DNA of 52,329 bases from Candidatus Bathyarchaeota archaeon. GTDB taxonomy: Archaea > Thermoproteota > Bathyarchaeia > Bathyarchaeales > Bathycorpusculaceae. This document shows positions 42,401-51,937 of this stretch, piece by piece. Each line of letters begins with the position of its first letter. Within the stretch, counting starts at the first letter, position 1. The notes beneath the pieces were generated by a model. That model made no database searches, had not been told where the DNA came from, and was given only the letters and a program-made list of their open reading frames with translations. Location of the stretch: contig CAWEPZ010000012.1 in assembly GCA_963811105.1 (NCBI GenBank), positions 1-52,329 on the forward strand, in the 5' to 3' direction. The position numbers and the translations under genes were made by a program.

Positions 42401-42920
42401 TTATCTTGAGTAGCGTTGCGGAAGCTTCTTTGCTTTGCAAACAGGCAATACCTTAGAAAGTTCCCCGTTTGATGCCTCATCAGTTGGCTGCCACATTCGA
42501 ATAACAGTTAAATTTCTATTTGTTGATTCAACCTCCAAAGGCTTACGCTCAATCAACCCCAACTCCTGAGCCAACGAAATCTCACGATCAGTAACTTTCA
42601 AAGCCGAATTAATAGCGCCAATCTTCACAAACTTATCCTTAACAGTCAAAGGCTTCTGATTACTCTCCTTACCTTCCATCGCCAACCCCAACGCCTCACG
42701 ACTAAGAAGCCCCAAACGAGCCCGAAAAATAGCAGTCAACTGCTTATCCTGCTCAATATCATGAGACCAAACATGCATGTTAGCATGATCCTTATAAATT
42801 GCTCGCAGGAGAAACATCAAACTCTTTACTTAAAGTCTCAACGACAACATGAAGCGAAGTATTCATCGCCAACATACGAGCCATCCTTAAACGCCGACGA
42901 AAAAGAATCTCATTCAACAA
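42401..42920 (-). CDS. Putative terminase small subunit (frameshifted near 42805)
   Basis: N-terminal HTH (VVETLSKEFDVS..AIYKD), helical core, LAQELGLIERKP; follows the ParB/modification genes. Confidence 0.55.
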
Positions 42921-42954
42921 TGTACCCCCCAAAATTCAACCAAAAAGTTGAAAA

Positions 42955-44036
42955 TCAACTTTTAATGCCCCTCACAGGTTTATACTCTAAAGTTATGCTG
43001 ATGCGTTTGGCACTAACACTTGATTTAATTTCACTGTTCATGCGGGTGTCTTCGCCGGACCGCTTCACATGCCCACAACGCTTCACACTCCAACGATCAA
43101 GGTTGCCCCTTACAATCTGAGGATTAGATGTGACAATATAGAAAGGCGCCTTAGTCTGTGAAGTGTAGAGCTCCGCTATGAAATTCAGTAGTCTTTTGCC
43201 TAAGCCTATGCCTTGGTAATCAGGCAAAACCACCAAGTCGATGCACCCGAAAATACCTAGCTCTTCATGTGAATATGCATAACTGCAATGAACCCAACCG
43301 GCTTATCCTGATACACCGCAACATAGCACCTGGAACCCTTAGCAATCGATCCGCTTAGATAGTGATATTGCCGAAACATCTGCCATAGATTAGAGCCGCA
43401 CCGATAAATTTGGATGTTAACGGGCGGCCGTGCTTCTTTTTTTCGGGTAAACTCCATTGTGTCTGTGCATAAGACCCAATCGGGTTCAAGCCAATCTACC
43501 ACGTCGTAGTGGCAGGTGACAGCTATGAAATGTTTCCCAGACCTCCGAACTGATTTAGCAATAGCAAACGCTGAAACCTTCGCAATCTCCCGATCAACAA
43601 CAGATGTAAACTCGTCAAAGACAATCAGCTGCTTATCCAGGCACAGAGCCCTTGCGATGTCAACACGCATCTTTTCGCCCTGGCTGAGGCAATCATAGCT
43701 TTTTAGCCAATCCGGAGGACTAGCGAAGCCGACGCTTGACAATGCCTTAGTAACCTCACCTGTCTGCAGGCCAGCGGGAAAATCATCCAGGATAGATTTA
43801 TGCGAATAATCAAAAGCACGAATGTAGGATTCAGGAAACAACTCCTTAGCAATAGTACTCTTCCCCGATCCGCTACGCCCAACAATCACGCCAACCTGCC
43901 AAGACAACCCTTCAATGGGCAAAGACCCCTTAATGCGCTTCTCCAACTTCACATCCAACAACGTAAACGAGCCAACCACGCTTTGAGCTCGAAAACTGTC
44001 TGCTTGACTCCAAGATTTTACAATGTCAAAATCCAT
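42955..44036 (-). CDS. ABC-type ATPase fused to GNAT acetyltransferase (frameshifted near 43250)
   Basis: Walker A GRSGSGKS, LSQGE signature, Walker B VFDEF, TCH; then FRQYHYL and acetyl-CoA motif VVLPDYQGIGLG. Confidence 0.85.
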
Positions 44037-44264
44037 TCATGCCACCTTGAAAATGCGAGTCAGTTTATTATCTAATGTTACTTTGATTTTTCCAGTTTTA
44101 ATCAAACTCTTCAAATGATTGCTAAGTGCTCCTTTTGATAACCCTGTTTGAATTAATAGTGTATTCCATGGTAGACCTTCTGGAGCTACTTTTAGAGCCT
44201 CCAAAATCTTAACATCAACTGCATTGACAATTTCTTTTCCGCAATGGGGGCATAGAAAAGTCAA
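44037..44264 (-). CDS. Zn-ribbon plus wHTH protein
   Basis: CPHC; TGLSKGALSNHLKSLIKTG. Confidence 0.7.
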   Translation of the reverse strand: MTFLCPHCGKEIVNAVDVKILEALKVAPEGLPWNTLLIQTGLSKGALSNHLKSLIKTGKIKVTLDNKLTRIFKVA

Positions 44265-44275
44265 AGGCGTCTTTT

Positions 44276-44839
44276 TTAAAGTGTTAAAATTCGTACCGTA
44301 TATCCCTCCGCTTTAAATTTCTCGTAGAGGCGCTGCTGCTCCGTCTCATCCTTACACACGATAATAAGCTCGTAAGTCTCAGGAATAGTCACCGAATCCC
44401 TTTTACCGTCAAAATCATCCGGCAACCGCTCCCCAACAGACACCAACAAAAGTTTCAGATCCTCTTTTTCACCTAGCTCTGCAATCCGCTTAAACTCAGC
44501 TGCATCCAACTCCTTGTTATGCGACCCCCTAAGTTTATTGAGGATCTGCCGAAGCATCCTGCGGTCAACCTCACTCACAGGCAACCTTAGCACCGGAGCA
44601 AAAAACTCTCCATGCTCACGAAGAACCTCCGCCCGCTGTTCTCCATCTGTAAAAACCCCCTCCTTATTGACTATGATAGGGTAAGTCCAGCCATACTTAG
44701 ATAGGCTCTTCCAAATCTGCTCACGCTGCTTAATTGTAGTCCGATTAGGATTTTGCTCATCACTCTTCAATAATCGAATATCTTCCAGCAACGGCACATA
44801 AGCCACTGGAACACTCAAAGTCGTTTTCTTCTCACTCAT
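44276..44839 (-). CDS. ParB/Srx-like domain protein
   Basis: NPNR...SLSKYGWTYPIIVN...DGEQR...LNKLRG; C-terminal ELIIVCKDETEQQRLYEKFKAEGY. Confidence 0.8.
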   Translation of the reverse strand: MSEKKTTLSVPVAYVPLLEDIRLLKSDEQNPNRTTIKQREQIWKSLSKYGWTYPIIVNKEGVFTDGEQRAEVLREHGEFFAPVLRLPVSEVDRRMLRQILNKLRGSHNKELDAAEFKRIAELGEKEDLKLLLVSVGERLPDDFDGKRDSVTIPETYELIIVCKDETEQQRLYEKFKAEGYTVRILTL

Positions 44840-45194
44840 CTTCTTTCAGTTCCTCTTCCTCTACCTTTTTCTTGCTGCGGCTCCTAAGATCAACAGGTTC
44901 AGCAGTTTCTTCAGAATCCAACGGCTTCACCCTGAAAAGCTTCCTAAACTGCACCTCAGCAAACTCCGCACCCAAAATCCCGTAGGCATCAGCGAAATTC
45001 TTGGGAATATACAAGTACAAGCCCTCCCCGCCTTTAGCACTGATTCTGCAAAGGGCTGTCACACCGATTTTTTCCGTTTTCCATTTTTCACTCAAACTAC
45101 ACCCATCCTCCACATAACACATGTATCCAAAACATACTTTTTCTACCTCTTTTGATGAAGAAAATAGAACCTGAACCTGCTTTAGCAGGACCAA
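44832..45194 (-). CDS. AbrB/SpoVT-like protein (putative)
   Basis: RISAKGGEGLYLYIPKNFADAYGI. Confidence 0.45.
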   Translation of the reverse strand: MVLLKQVQVLFSSSKEVEKVCFGYMCYVEDGCSLSEKWKTEKIGVTALCRISAKGGEGLYLYIPKNFADAYGILGAEFAEVQFRKLFRVKPLDSEETAEPVDLRSRSKKKVEEEELKEDE

Positions 45195-45760
45195 AAGCCT
45201 TCAAATCACGATACCTCCAATTTCTCGCAGGACACCATAACTTCATGGTTGTCTTGGCACGCACTACAACTGCGAAATGCCAAACAGACATCACGATAGT
45301 GCAAGCAATCTTTACGCAGCCGAAAAGGACACTTCAAACACAAACATTTCTCATCAAGTACCTGCATCCTAAGAAACCTCCTTCTTACAATGCCGACTCT
45401 GCAACTCAACAAGCCGCTCAACAGCCGTCTGCTCTTCCATACTTGGAACCTTATAATCAGTTTCAAGCCCGAAACTTACGATGCTCACGACAGCAAAGTT
45501 CGAACACTATGCGAATCAGCCTCAGCTCTATTAGGATAGAACCGTTCAGCAACCAAGCTCATCAACAAGCGAATGTAAGTCTCAGGAAGATACAGAGTGA
45601 TCAACTTCACAAAGAAGCCTCCACAAAAATCGCGGTGTCAAATTTCCAGCCATAACTTTCTAAGTGATGCAGTAAAGTAGCGTTCACTTCACAATCATCA
45701 TTATCCATCCAGAGAACCCCTTCAAACTCGTTAATCTGAAAACGCCTTCCTCGATGCGGA

Positions 45761-46153
45761 TCAGCAATATCCATCTAGGAAAGCCTCCAGACCTTTACTG
45801 CTATTCTTAGCGTGAGTTAGATGTTGACTGCAAAGCCTGTACTCTTTGTTTTTCGGCAAGAAAACCCCTAACGCCACAGCTTCGCCTTTGCAGCCTGAAA
45901 ACCCACATTTACCCAAAGATGCGGAAGACTTCACTTGATAATTCGTTAAAGTTAATTGTGGATTGCCAGGCGGCCAATGATGAACTTTGAAAAGCAAATT
46001 TAATGCTTCATCTAAAAGATCGTTCGCTGTTACTCCATCTTGGATGCAGAGAGATTTTAAATCTCGAACTTTCTGTTTGCCCTCTATAGAGGATGGACTG
46101 TAAACTGCTCTATCTGATTTGCTTTTGATGTCGGGTTGGCGAGTCATGCGCAC
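45761..46153 (-). CDS. Hypothetical viral protein (RHH-like N-terminus, Zn finger)
   Basis: DLLDEALNLLF; CGFSGC...LCSQH. Confidence 0.5.
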   Translation of the reverse strand: MRMTRQPDIKSKSDRAVYSPSSIEGKQKVRDLKSLCIQDGVTANDLLDEALNLLFKVHHWPPGNPQLTLTNYQVKSSASLGKCGFSGCKGEAVALGVFLPKNKEYRLCSQHLTHAKNSSKGLEAFLDGYC

Positions 46154-46392
46154 ACTTCATTTTTCTTATTATACTATACTATACGATACCGTTTTTTTCT
46201 GTTCCACTAACGAAAGGGTGAAGGTAATCCTAAGCGAAATTTTATTATAGAATAATTTTATACTAAATTATCCTCTCCCTAGAAGTTTCTGCTGTGCTGT
46301 TTGGTCGATGTGGCCTCGGCTGCAGAGAAAACGCTTGGCGCCATCATTGAAAACTATTGGGTGAGCGTGGAAGCCGCAGTTGCACTTCTCAG

Positions 46393-46782
46393 TCATTGTT
46401 GAAGTACCTCACGCAAGCTGGCGATATTTGGTTGCCACTTAAACAGTTTTACAGGTCCACCTCTCCAAGGCTTTGTTCTAGTTGAAACTAGATATCCTCT
46501 GTCTTCCAGCTGATTGAGGTATGAACTTTCTACTGCGCGTGCTCTACCTGTTTCGTGAGCAACATCATTTGCAGACATAACGCCTTTCTTAATCAAAGTG
46601 AGACAGGTACGCTGTAGATGTGAATGAAGCCCAAACAGTAATCGCATATCAGTTTCGGGTACATCCATGTTTTCAGGTTTTAAAAGAAGACGCTGCTTAG
46701 GCGCTATTATGACGTCAAGTTTTTTCACGATTAACTGCAGAGTTTTTAATATCTCGTCGATCTTCTCGTCCTGTCCAGTCAT
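46393..46782 (-). CDS. wHTH transcriptional regulator (TrmB-like)
   Basis: SANDVAHETGRARAVESSYLNQLEDRGYL. Confidence 0.75.
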   Translation of the reverse strand: MTGQDEKIDEILKTLQLIVKKLDVIIAPKQRLLLKPENMDVPETDMRLLFGLHSHLQRTCLTLIKKGVMSANDVAHETGRARAVESSYLNQLEDRGYLVSTRTKPWRGGPVKLFKWQPNIASLREVLQQ

Positions 46783-47600
46783 TAGCGGCTGACTCCAGTT
46801 GGAAACTCCTTAGCTATCTTTCTACCGATGTAGTCGCCTTGTTTGCTTAACCAACACCATTTGCCGTCAATGACAACGCCTTTCTTTCCAGCTTTCTCAG
46901 CCACCTGAATCTTACCGCGAATATCATAGTATCCGTTTGACCGCGCGTTATCCTTATCAAGAGCTTTCTCGTATCGCTCGCCCTGTTGGTTTTCAGCATA
47001 AATCCAGACAACGTCGCCTTCTTTGTGTCCTTCAGTAGGCCTGGTGTTGCGCTCAACTTTCTGGACTGGAGGCACCGGAGCAGCTGCAGGAGAAGCAGCC
47101 TGGACAGGTTGACAACCAATAACTCTGCAAAGTTTCCCTAAGTTAACATTAAGCTCCTGCATCTGCTGCAGATCCAACAACTGCAGACACATCGCCCGAT
47201 GAAACCTGCCACCCTCAACAGAAATATCACATTTGGAGTTATCCTCGCAATAAAGGCAGAAATTGCCAGTAAACTGCGTTATAGGGCTGGGCTGTTTGGG
47301 TGCTTCAGCAGGTTTCTCCTGCTTAACTTCAGCAACTGGAGGCGCTGGATCCACAGGCTTAGGCTTGGGAAACATAAAGAACCCCACATCCTTACCGCCT
47401 TCTTTCTGGTTAACAAAATCTCCATGATACCGCCGAACAACCTCAAGAACCATCTGAAAATCAGGACCAGCCAACTTGAAGCCAAAAAACATGCAAAGCC
47501 GCTCCTTCTCATCAACCTTGAAAGATGTAGAAGCCGCCAACTCCTCAGGCAACTCCTGAAGAATCTTATCGCCAAGCTCCTGACTCCAAGAAGCACTCAT
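46782..47600 (-). CDS. Hypothetical viral early protein
   Basis: 272 aa, translationally coupled to neighbours. Confidence 0.6.
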   Translation of the reverse strand: MSASWSQELGDKILQELPEELAASTSFKVDEKERLCMFFGFKLAGPDFQMVLEVVRRYHGDFVNQKEGGKDVGFFMFPKPKPVDPAPPVAEVKQEKPAEAPKQPSPITQFTGNFCLYCEDNSKCDISVEGGRFHRAMCLQLLDLQQMQELNVNLGKLCRVIGCQPVQAASPAAAPVPPVQKVERNTRPTEGHKEGDVVWIYAENQQGERYEKALDKDNARSNGYYDIRGKIQVAEKAGKKGVVIDGKWCWLSKQGDYIGRKIAKEFPTGVSR

Positions 47601-47827
47601 TAAGAAATCTCTCCTCCAACAACCTCAAAAAGCCGCACTTGACCAATCTCAAGAGGTTCTTCGCTTTTAACAGGCTTAGGCAACTCCTTCAAAAGAAAAC
47701 GCGCAACAACGTCGGGATCTCCTCGGTCAAAACGCATCTTCAAACAACGGTTCTTTTCATGATCTTTTCGATAAGCGCTGGGAATTGGTTTGCCGCAAAT
47801 CCTACATTTACTATGACCTACTGGCAT
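47600..47827 (-). CDS. Small Zn-finger protein
   Basis: CRIC...HEKNRC. Confidence 0.5.
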   Translation of the reverse strand: MPVGHSKCRICGKPIPSAYRKDHEKNRCLKMRFDRGDPDVVARFLLKELPKPVKSEEPLEIGQVRLFEVVGGEIS

Positions 47828-48359
47828 TTACCAAGGAACCTCCCTATCTTTTGGCTCAATAAACTTCAAGCCCAACGCATTGAAAATGCCCTCTTCAGTC
47901 CTGCAGGCCACAATATTATGATTCTCAACTACACCTTGGGAAGCACTCAACATCAAACCCTTAGACCGAGCTAACGTGCAAAGTTTCACATTATGCTCCT
48001 TGCTGCCGGTGCGAATCAGCAGGATCACGCCCCACGTCTCCGGACGCGCCCTGTAAACATCAACCTGCAAACCCGAAGGAAAACTAAATCTGTGCAATTC
48101 TTCCCCAGAAGCCTCAATTTTAACCCAGACTTCACAAGGGCTTTAGGAATCAGATTCTTCCAAACCGTTAAGGATCAAACTTAACAACCCCGCATAGTCC
48201 GCCAGGCAGATCCACAGCCTTAGGCAACGCCACAATATCAATGTCGCCAACCTCAGCCTTTCCTCGACGGATACTCCCTGCAGTCATAATACGATCGCAA
48301 AATGGCTGCAGGACAGCTACAACTTTCTCCGCTAAAACCTGAGCTTCGCCAAGATTCAA
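47828..48359 (-). CDS. polX: Minimal family X DNA polymerase (palm plus thumb only; frameshifted near 48170)
   Basis: AGSIRRGKAEVGDIDIV, QVDVY, TGSKEHN, TEEGIFNALGLKFIEPKDRE. Confidence 0.85.
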
Positions 48360-48828
48360 CGTAAATCCTCCAGGCTTGGAACATCCAGCATTTGCTTTGT
48401 GATCTTAGGTACAAGCACCTGAGCTAACGTCTTCTCCTCAGCATTCATGATGAACGGGAGAAACATCGTAGTTTTATCGCTTTGACTGAGATACGTCATT
48501 TCTAAGTTAGCTTTCACCCACCAAAACAATACCCGAAGGCTAACGCTCCAGTTGATTATGTCCTCTTGATTGCCAGTGCGCTTTAGTTGATTTGCGTTTC
48601 CAGATAATCGGAGGCTCAACTTTAACCCATTGAGAAACAGGAATGTTATTGATAAATTCGAAATATTGAAACTCCAAGATGCATCTTCCATTTTCTAAAT
48701 CCCAATCCCAACCAGATTTCTTGATTCCCCAACGAGCCAACAATCCTTCAATTTCCTCTTTAGTAGTTCTCGGATCAACCTGAGTTTTTTTGTATGGCAC
48801 AATTGGATCATCACTGTAGATTTTCATT
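48356..48828 (-). CDS. Conserved-type phage hypothetical protein (frameshifted)
   Basis: PYKKTQVDPRTTKEEIEGLLARWG...LRVLFWWVKANLE...FLPFI. Confidence 0.55.
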
Positions 48829-49344
48829 TTCAAGAAGCCTCCTTTGTTATTGAGCGTTTTTAGGATCAGATCACGCCAACCTACACCAAGCCGCTTCCGC
48901 TGACTCTTAGAGTACATTAAGAAGCCTCCAGGGGCATCATAGCTTTTCCAGATTTTTCAGAATGCGCATGACTTGCAAGCGCTTCTGAAAGCCAGATTCT
49001 ATTCAGAAATTTTCGACTACCCACTTGATCGAATTTTCTTTCTTTCAAGTCGGCGTTAAATCTTCAAACCATTATCCAACTCAACGATACGCTTTACTCA
49101 GGAGATTCATGCAAGCCTCCAGGGGAACATAAGCTTCACAAGATCAACCACATACTTATGCACAGTCAATTCTTTCTGGAACTTCGCGCATTTTGCAGTC
49201 TCTGAACTCTTAATGATCTTTAGACGATGCGCCTCAACAGTTTCACTCTGCAATCTTAGCGAAGGCTTCAAAATCCTCTTTCAATCATAGTAGCGCTATG
49301 CACTTCAAGTTTTTCATTGCCTTCAGAAAGAATCTGATAATTCT

Positions 49345-49611
49345 TCACAAGATCAACCAAGACATCAGCGCCTTCAACCTTAACGGAACCGCCTCCACTT
49401 TCTTCCCCTCGTTACCATGAATTTTCAAGGGAACAACAGTCATTGGGTGATTGTCCCATGTCTCAAAAATAACCTCAAAGCCTTGATCACCAAGCAACAC
49501 TTCCCAATCTGGATCAAACTCTGAGCCTGGAATAGCTAAACACTTACCAAGTTTAGGCACATCTAACGCAGGACCAAAACGCTCAGTAAGACTCTCAATC
49601 GAAACAGTCAT
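49345..49611 (-). CDS. Hypothetical viral protein (probably continues through frameshifts to ~48920)
   Basis: ORF with GGAGG RBS. Confidence 0.45.
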   Translation of the reverse strand: MTVSIESLTERFGPALDVPKLGKCLAIPGSEFDPDWEVLLGDQGFEVIFETWDNHPMTVVPLKIHGNEGKKVEAVPLRLKALMSWLIL

Positions 49612-49786
49612 GCAGAAACCTCCAGCTGCTCACGAACAACTTGGCAATGACTGCAAAAGTCACTTGGCAAGGGTGTATCTAACCCCACAGGCTTCGAAAC
49701 TCTATACCTGCCCTCTTTTCTACGGCGCCAATGATGATGATTAACGCCGCATGGAAGCCTAGGCTTCTTAGAACCATAACCCACAG

Positions 49787-50092
49787 CTAAGCCTCCTTAG
49801 AATTCTCTAAAGTCGTGGGCTTCGACTCTTTCTTCTCAACGTTAGCGGTGCGAGGCTTCGGATAAATCTCAACAACAAATGCTTGCAGCTTTGGAAGATT
49901 GTGTTTTATGATGTCATCGAAAGCTTTGATCTTCAACTGAGCCTTAGCATCTTCCATACCAACCTTGAATGATTTATCGAAAGCATGCAACGTAACAGTG
50001 AAAACATCTGGAGAATCAGCATCAGCGGGCTCTTTGGTTAAGTGTTCATCAACGAACATCTCAATTTTATAGAGTGGTATACGTTCAGGCAT
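49787..50092 (-). CDS. Hypothetical viral protein
   Basis: ORF with GGAGGTGAGG RBS. Confidence 0.55.
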   Translation of the reverse strand: MPERIPLYKIEMFVDEHLTKEPADADSPDVFTVTLHAFDKSFKVGMEDAKAQLKIKAFDDIIKHNLPKLQAFVVEIYPKPRTANVEKKESKPTTLENSKEA

Positions 50093-50451
50093 TTACCTCA
50101 CCTCCACAGCGGGAACTTTAGGATCCTGATTTAGGTAGACCTTCAATTCGCCGTGCCGATCACACAGCAACCGTTTGCCATCAACATGCAATTTTCCACC
50201 ACAAATTGGACAAAACACTTTACATGCCTCCGACTTTAAGCCAGGAGAAGCTGTTCTTGTTTGGGAGACTCTTAGAAAGGAGAAGGGTTAGAGCATGCTC
50301 CAAAAAGCTATTCTCCCCAAAACTTGTGCTCTTAACTACTAGCCTATTCCCCAAGATTTGCAACCTCCAAGCTTTCAGATGCTTTAGAGACAGTGTTTTT
50401 GCGGATCTCAACAGCCAATTGATGTAACAAACCCTTAGATAACGCCAAGAA

Positions 50452-51291
50452 TTAAGCCGCCTCCGGAAACAGCAACGTTTGAATTGGCTTGCCAAACTTG
50501 CGGGCAACAGTTTGCTTGACTTCTTTGTACTCAGCAATATCCATAGAAGCGCCACAACAAGGGCAAAGTGGGCAGCCGTCTGGAACAACTTCATCCTCCT
50601 CAACTTCTCCAGGCACAAAAGAAGACTCTGCAACCTCCGCTGTTTTAGCGGCAACTTCCGCAACAGCCTCAGCAAACGTACGCACCCTCGGAGTACAGTC
50701 GCCTGTAGTAGCAGGAATACTATCTGGCATCTTAACAGTGTGCTGAAGGGCTTCAGCAGAATTCACGTTAGTTTTCGGAGTACGCCCAGCATCAACTTTC
50801 TTCTGATCTTTGAATTCTTGAGGCATATACTTGAGAACTGTTCTTTCGCTAATCCCAGTTAACTTGGCAATATCCTCAACTTTTAGCCCGCTCTTAACAA
50901 GGTGAGTTATGCGTTCTTTGATTTCTTCAGGAGCCATGTCTCGCCTGGCAAAGTTAACAGCTAATCTTGCAGCTTCAAGTTTCTCAGGAGTATCAATCCA
51001 ATCGCAAGTTTCTTCACGCCAATTCGCGTTCTCACCTTTACGATGATAGCCATCTATGATGTTGCCGAAGTGGTCTTTCAAAACGGGACATAATTCGCCA
51101 AGACCTTCCTTAGAAGTTGCCAAAGCATACTCGTGACCTGATTCATGCTCCTCTACGACCGTAACAGGTGAGGCATCTATCGCAGGTTTTATGGTAGGTA
51201 TAGGTCCACGGTGACAATGTGGCCAATGCATGCGAAACTCGAATTCAGAGTCCAAAACCTTCGGGCAAAGAGGACAATTTATTTTACCCAT
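50452..51291 (-). CDS. C2H2 finger plus ParB-like domain, HTH and Zn ribbon
   Basis: CPLC...H..H; LCPVLKD..GNIIDGYHR; VEDIAKLTGISERTVLKY; CPLCPCC. Confidence 0.7.
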   Translation of the reverse strand: MGKINCPLCPKVLDSEFEFRMHWPHCHRGPIPTIKPAIDASPVTVVEEHESGHEYALATSKEGLGELCPVLKDHFGNIIDGYHRKGENANWREETCDWIDTPEKLEAARLAVNFARRDMAPEEIKERITHLVKSGLKVEDIAKLTGISERTVLKYMPQEFKDQKKVDAGRTPKTNVNSAEALQHTVKMPDSIPATTGDCTPRVRTFAEAVAEVAAKTAEVAESSFVPGEVEEDEVVPDGCPLCPCCGASMDIAEYKEVKQTVARKFGKPIQTLLFPEAA

Positions 51292-51293
51292 AA

Positions 51294-51560
51294 TTAATCC
51301 TCCGCCCCTGTTGCAGCAACCAAACGGCAGGTTACATGCGAATACTTTTTTATAAAATACGATGGATAACCAGTTACTATCAAAACTGCTCTTGTTTTTG
51401 CCTGCGTATGTTCAGGTATGGTTTGGTGGCAGCGTTCGCAGATGTGAGGTTTACGTGTGGTTACAAGTTTTGGCTTATTTTTGTTTTCCCAGTAGGCTTC
51501 TCTCTGCGCCTTTTGTTCTGTGCGGAACTGCTTGTATTGCTCATCAGTTATAGATTGCAT
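51294..51560 (-). CDS. Small Zn-binding viral protein
   Basis: TRKPHICERC...HVTC. Confidence 0.55.
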   Translation of the reverse strand: MQSITDEQYKQFRTEQKAQREAYWENKNKPKLVTTRKPHICERCHQTIPEHTQAKTRAVLIVTGYPSYFIKKYSHVTCRLVAATGAED

Positions 51561-51562
51561 CC

Positions 51563-51748
51563 TTAAGCCTCCTTTCGAAGAGACCTCTTGCGTAGATCTT
51601 CAAGCCTAAGCCGAGTAGATTCACTGACAAACTCTGCAACACTCCGATAGCCTGAAGTATTGCAGATAAAAGCCTCAATTTCGTCTACAAGTGAAGCTTT
51701 CAAACTAATTCCTTTAAATCCGTTTCCTTCCGAAGGCAATTTTCTCAC
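51563..51748 (-). CDS. Short RHH regulator (Cro-like position)
   Basis: FKGISLKASLVDEIEAFI...YRSVAEFVSESTRLRL. Confidence 0.8.
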   Translation of the reverse strand: MRKLPSEGNGFKGISLKASLVDEIEAFICNTSGYRSVAEFVSESTRLRLEDLRKRSLRKEA

Positions 51749-51759
51749 GCTCCCACTGT

Positions 51760-51932
51760 AACATTACCTTAATGCTACCTTAAAAATGGGGTTTATTAAT
51801 AAAACTTGTGGCTAAGCTACCTTAATAATAACTGTAATGCCCCAGTAAGAAATTAACATAAAAGCGGCATTTTCGCCCATAAATTTATATACAAACATTT
51901 GTGGTAGATATACCACATAATAAGTAAGGAAT
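51760..51932. promoter_or_regulatory. Divergent promoter/operator region
   Basis: TACCTTAA x3 (~51766, ~51776, ~51818), perfect 7-4-7 palindrome TGTGGTA-GATA-TACCACA (51900-51917), TTTATATA box (~51883). Confidence 0.7.
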
Positions 51933-51937
51933 GCCAG

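Noticed and set aside
42955-44036. ABC transporter
   Set aside because: No permease or binding protein nearby; the ATPase is fused to a GNAT.
45780-51575. Recurrent AAGCCTCC (GGAGGCTT on the minus strand) in the early region
   Set aside because: Mostly sits just before start codons of coupled genes, so these are Shine-Dalgarno sequences, not a repeat element.
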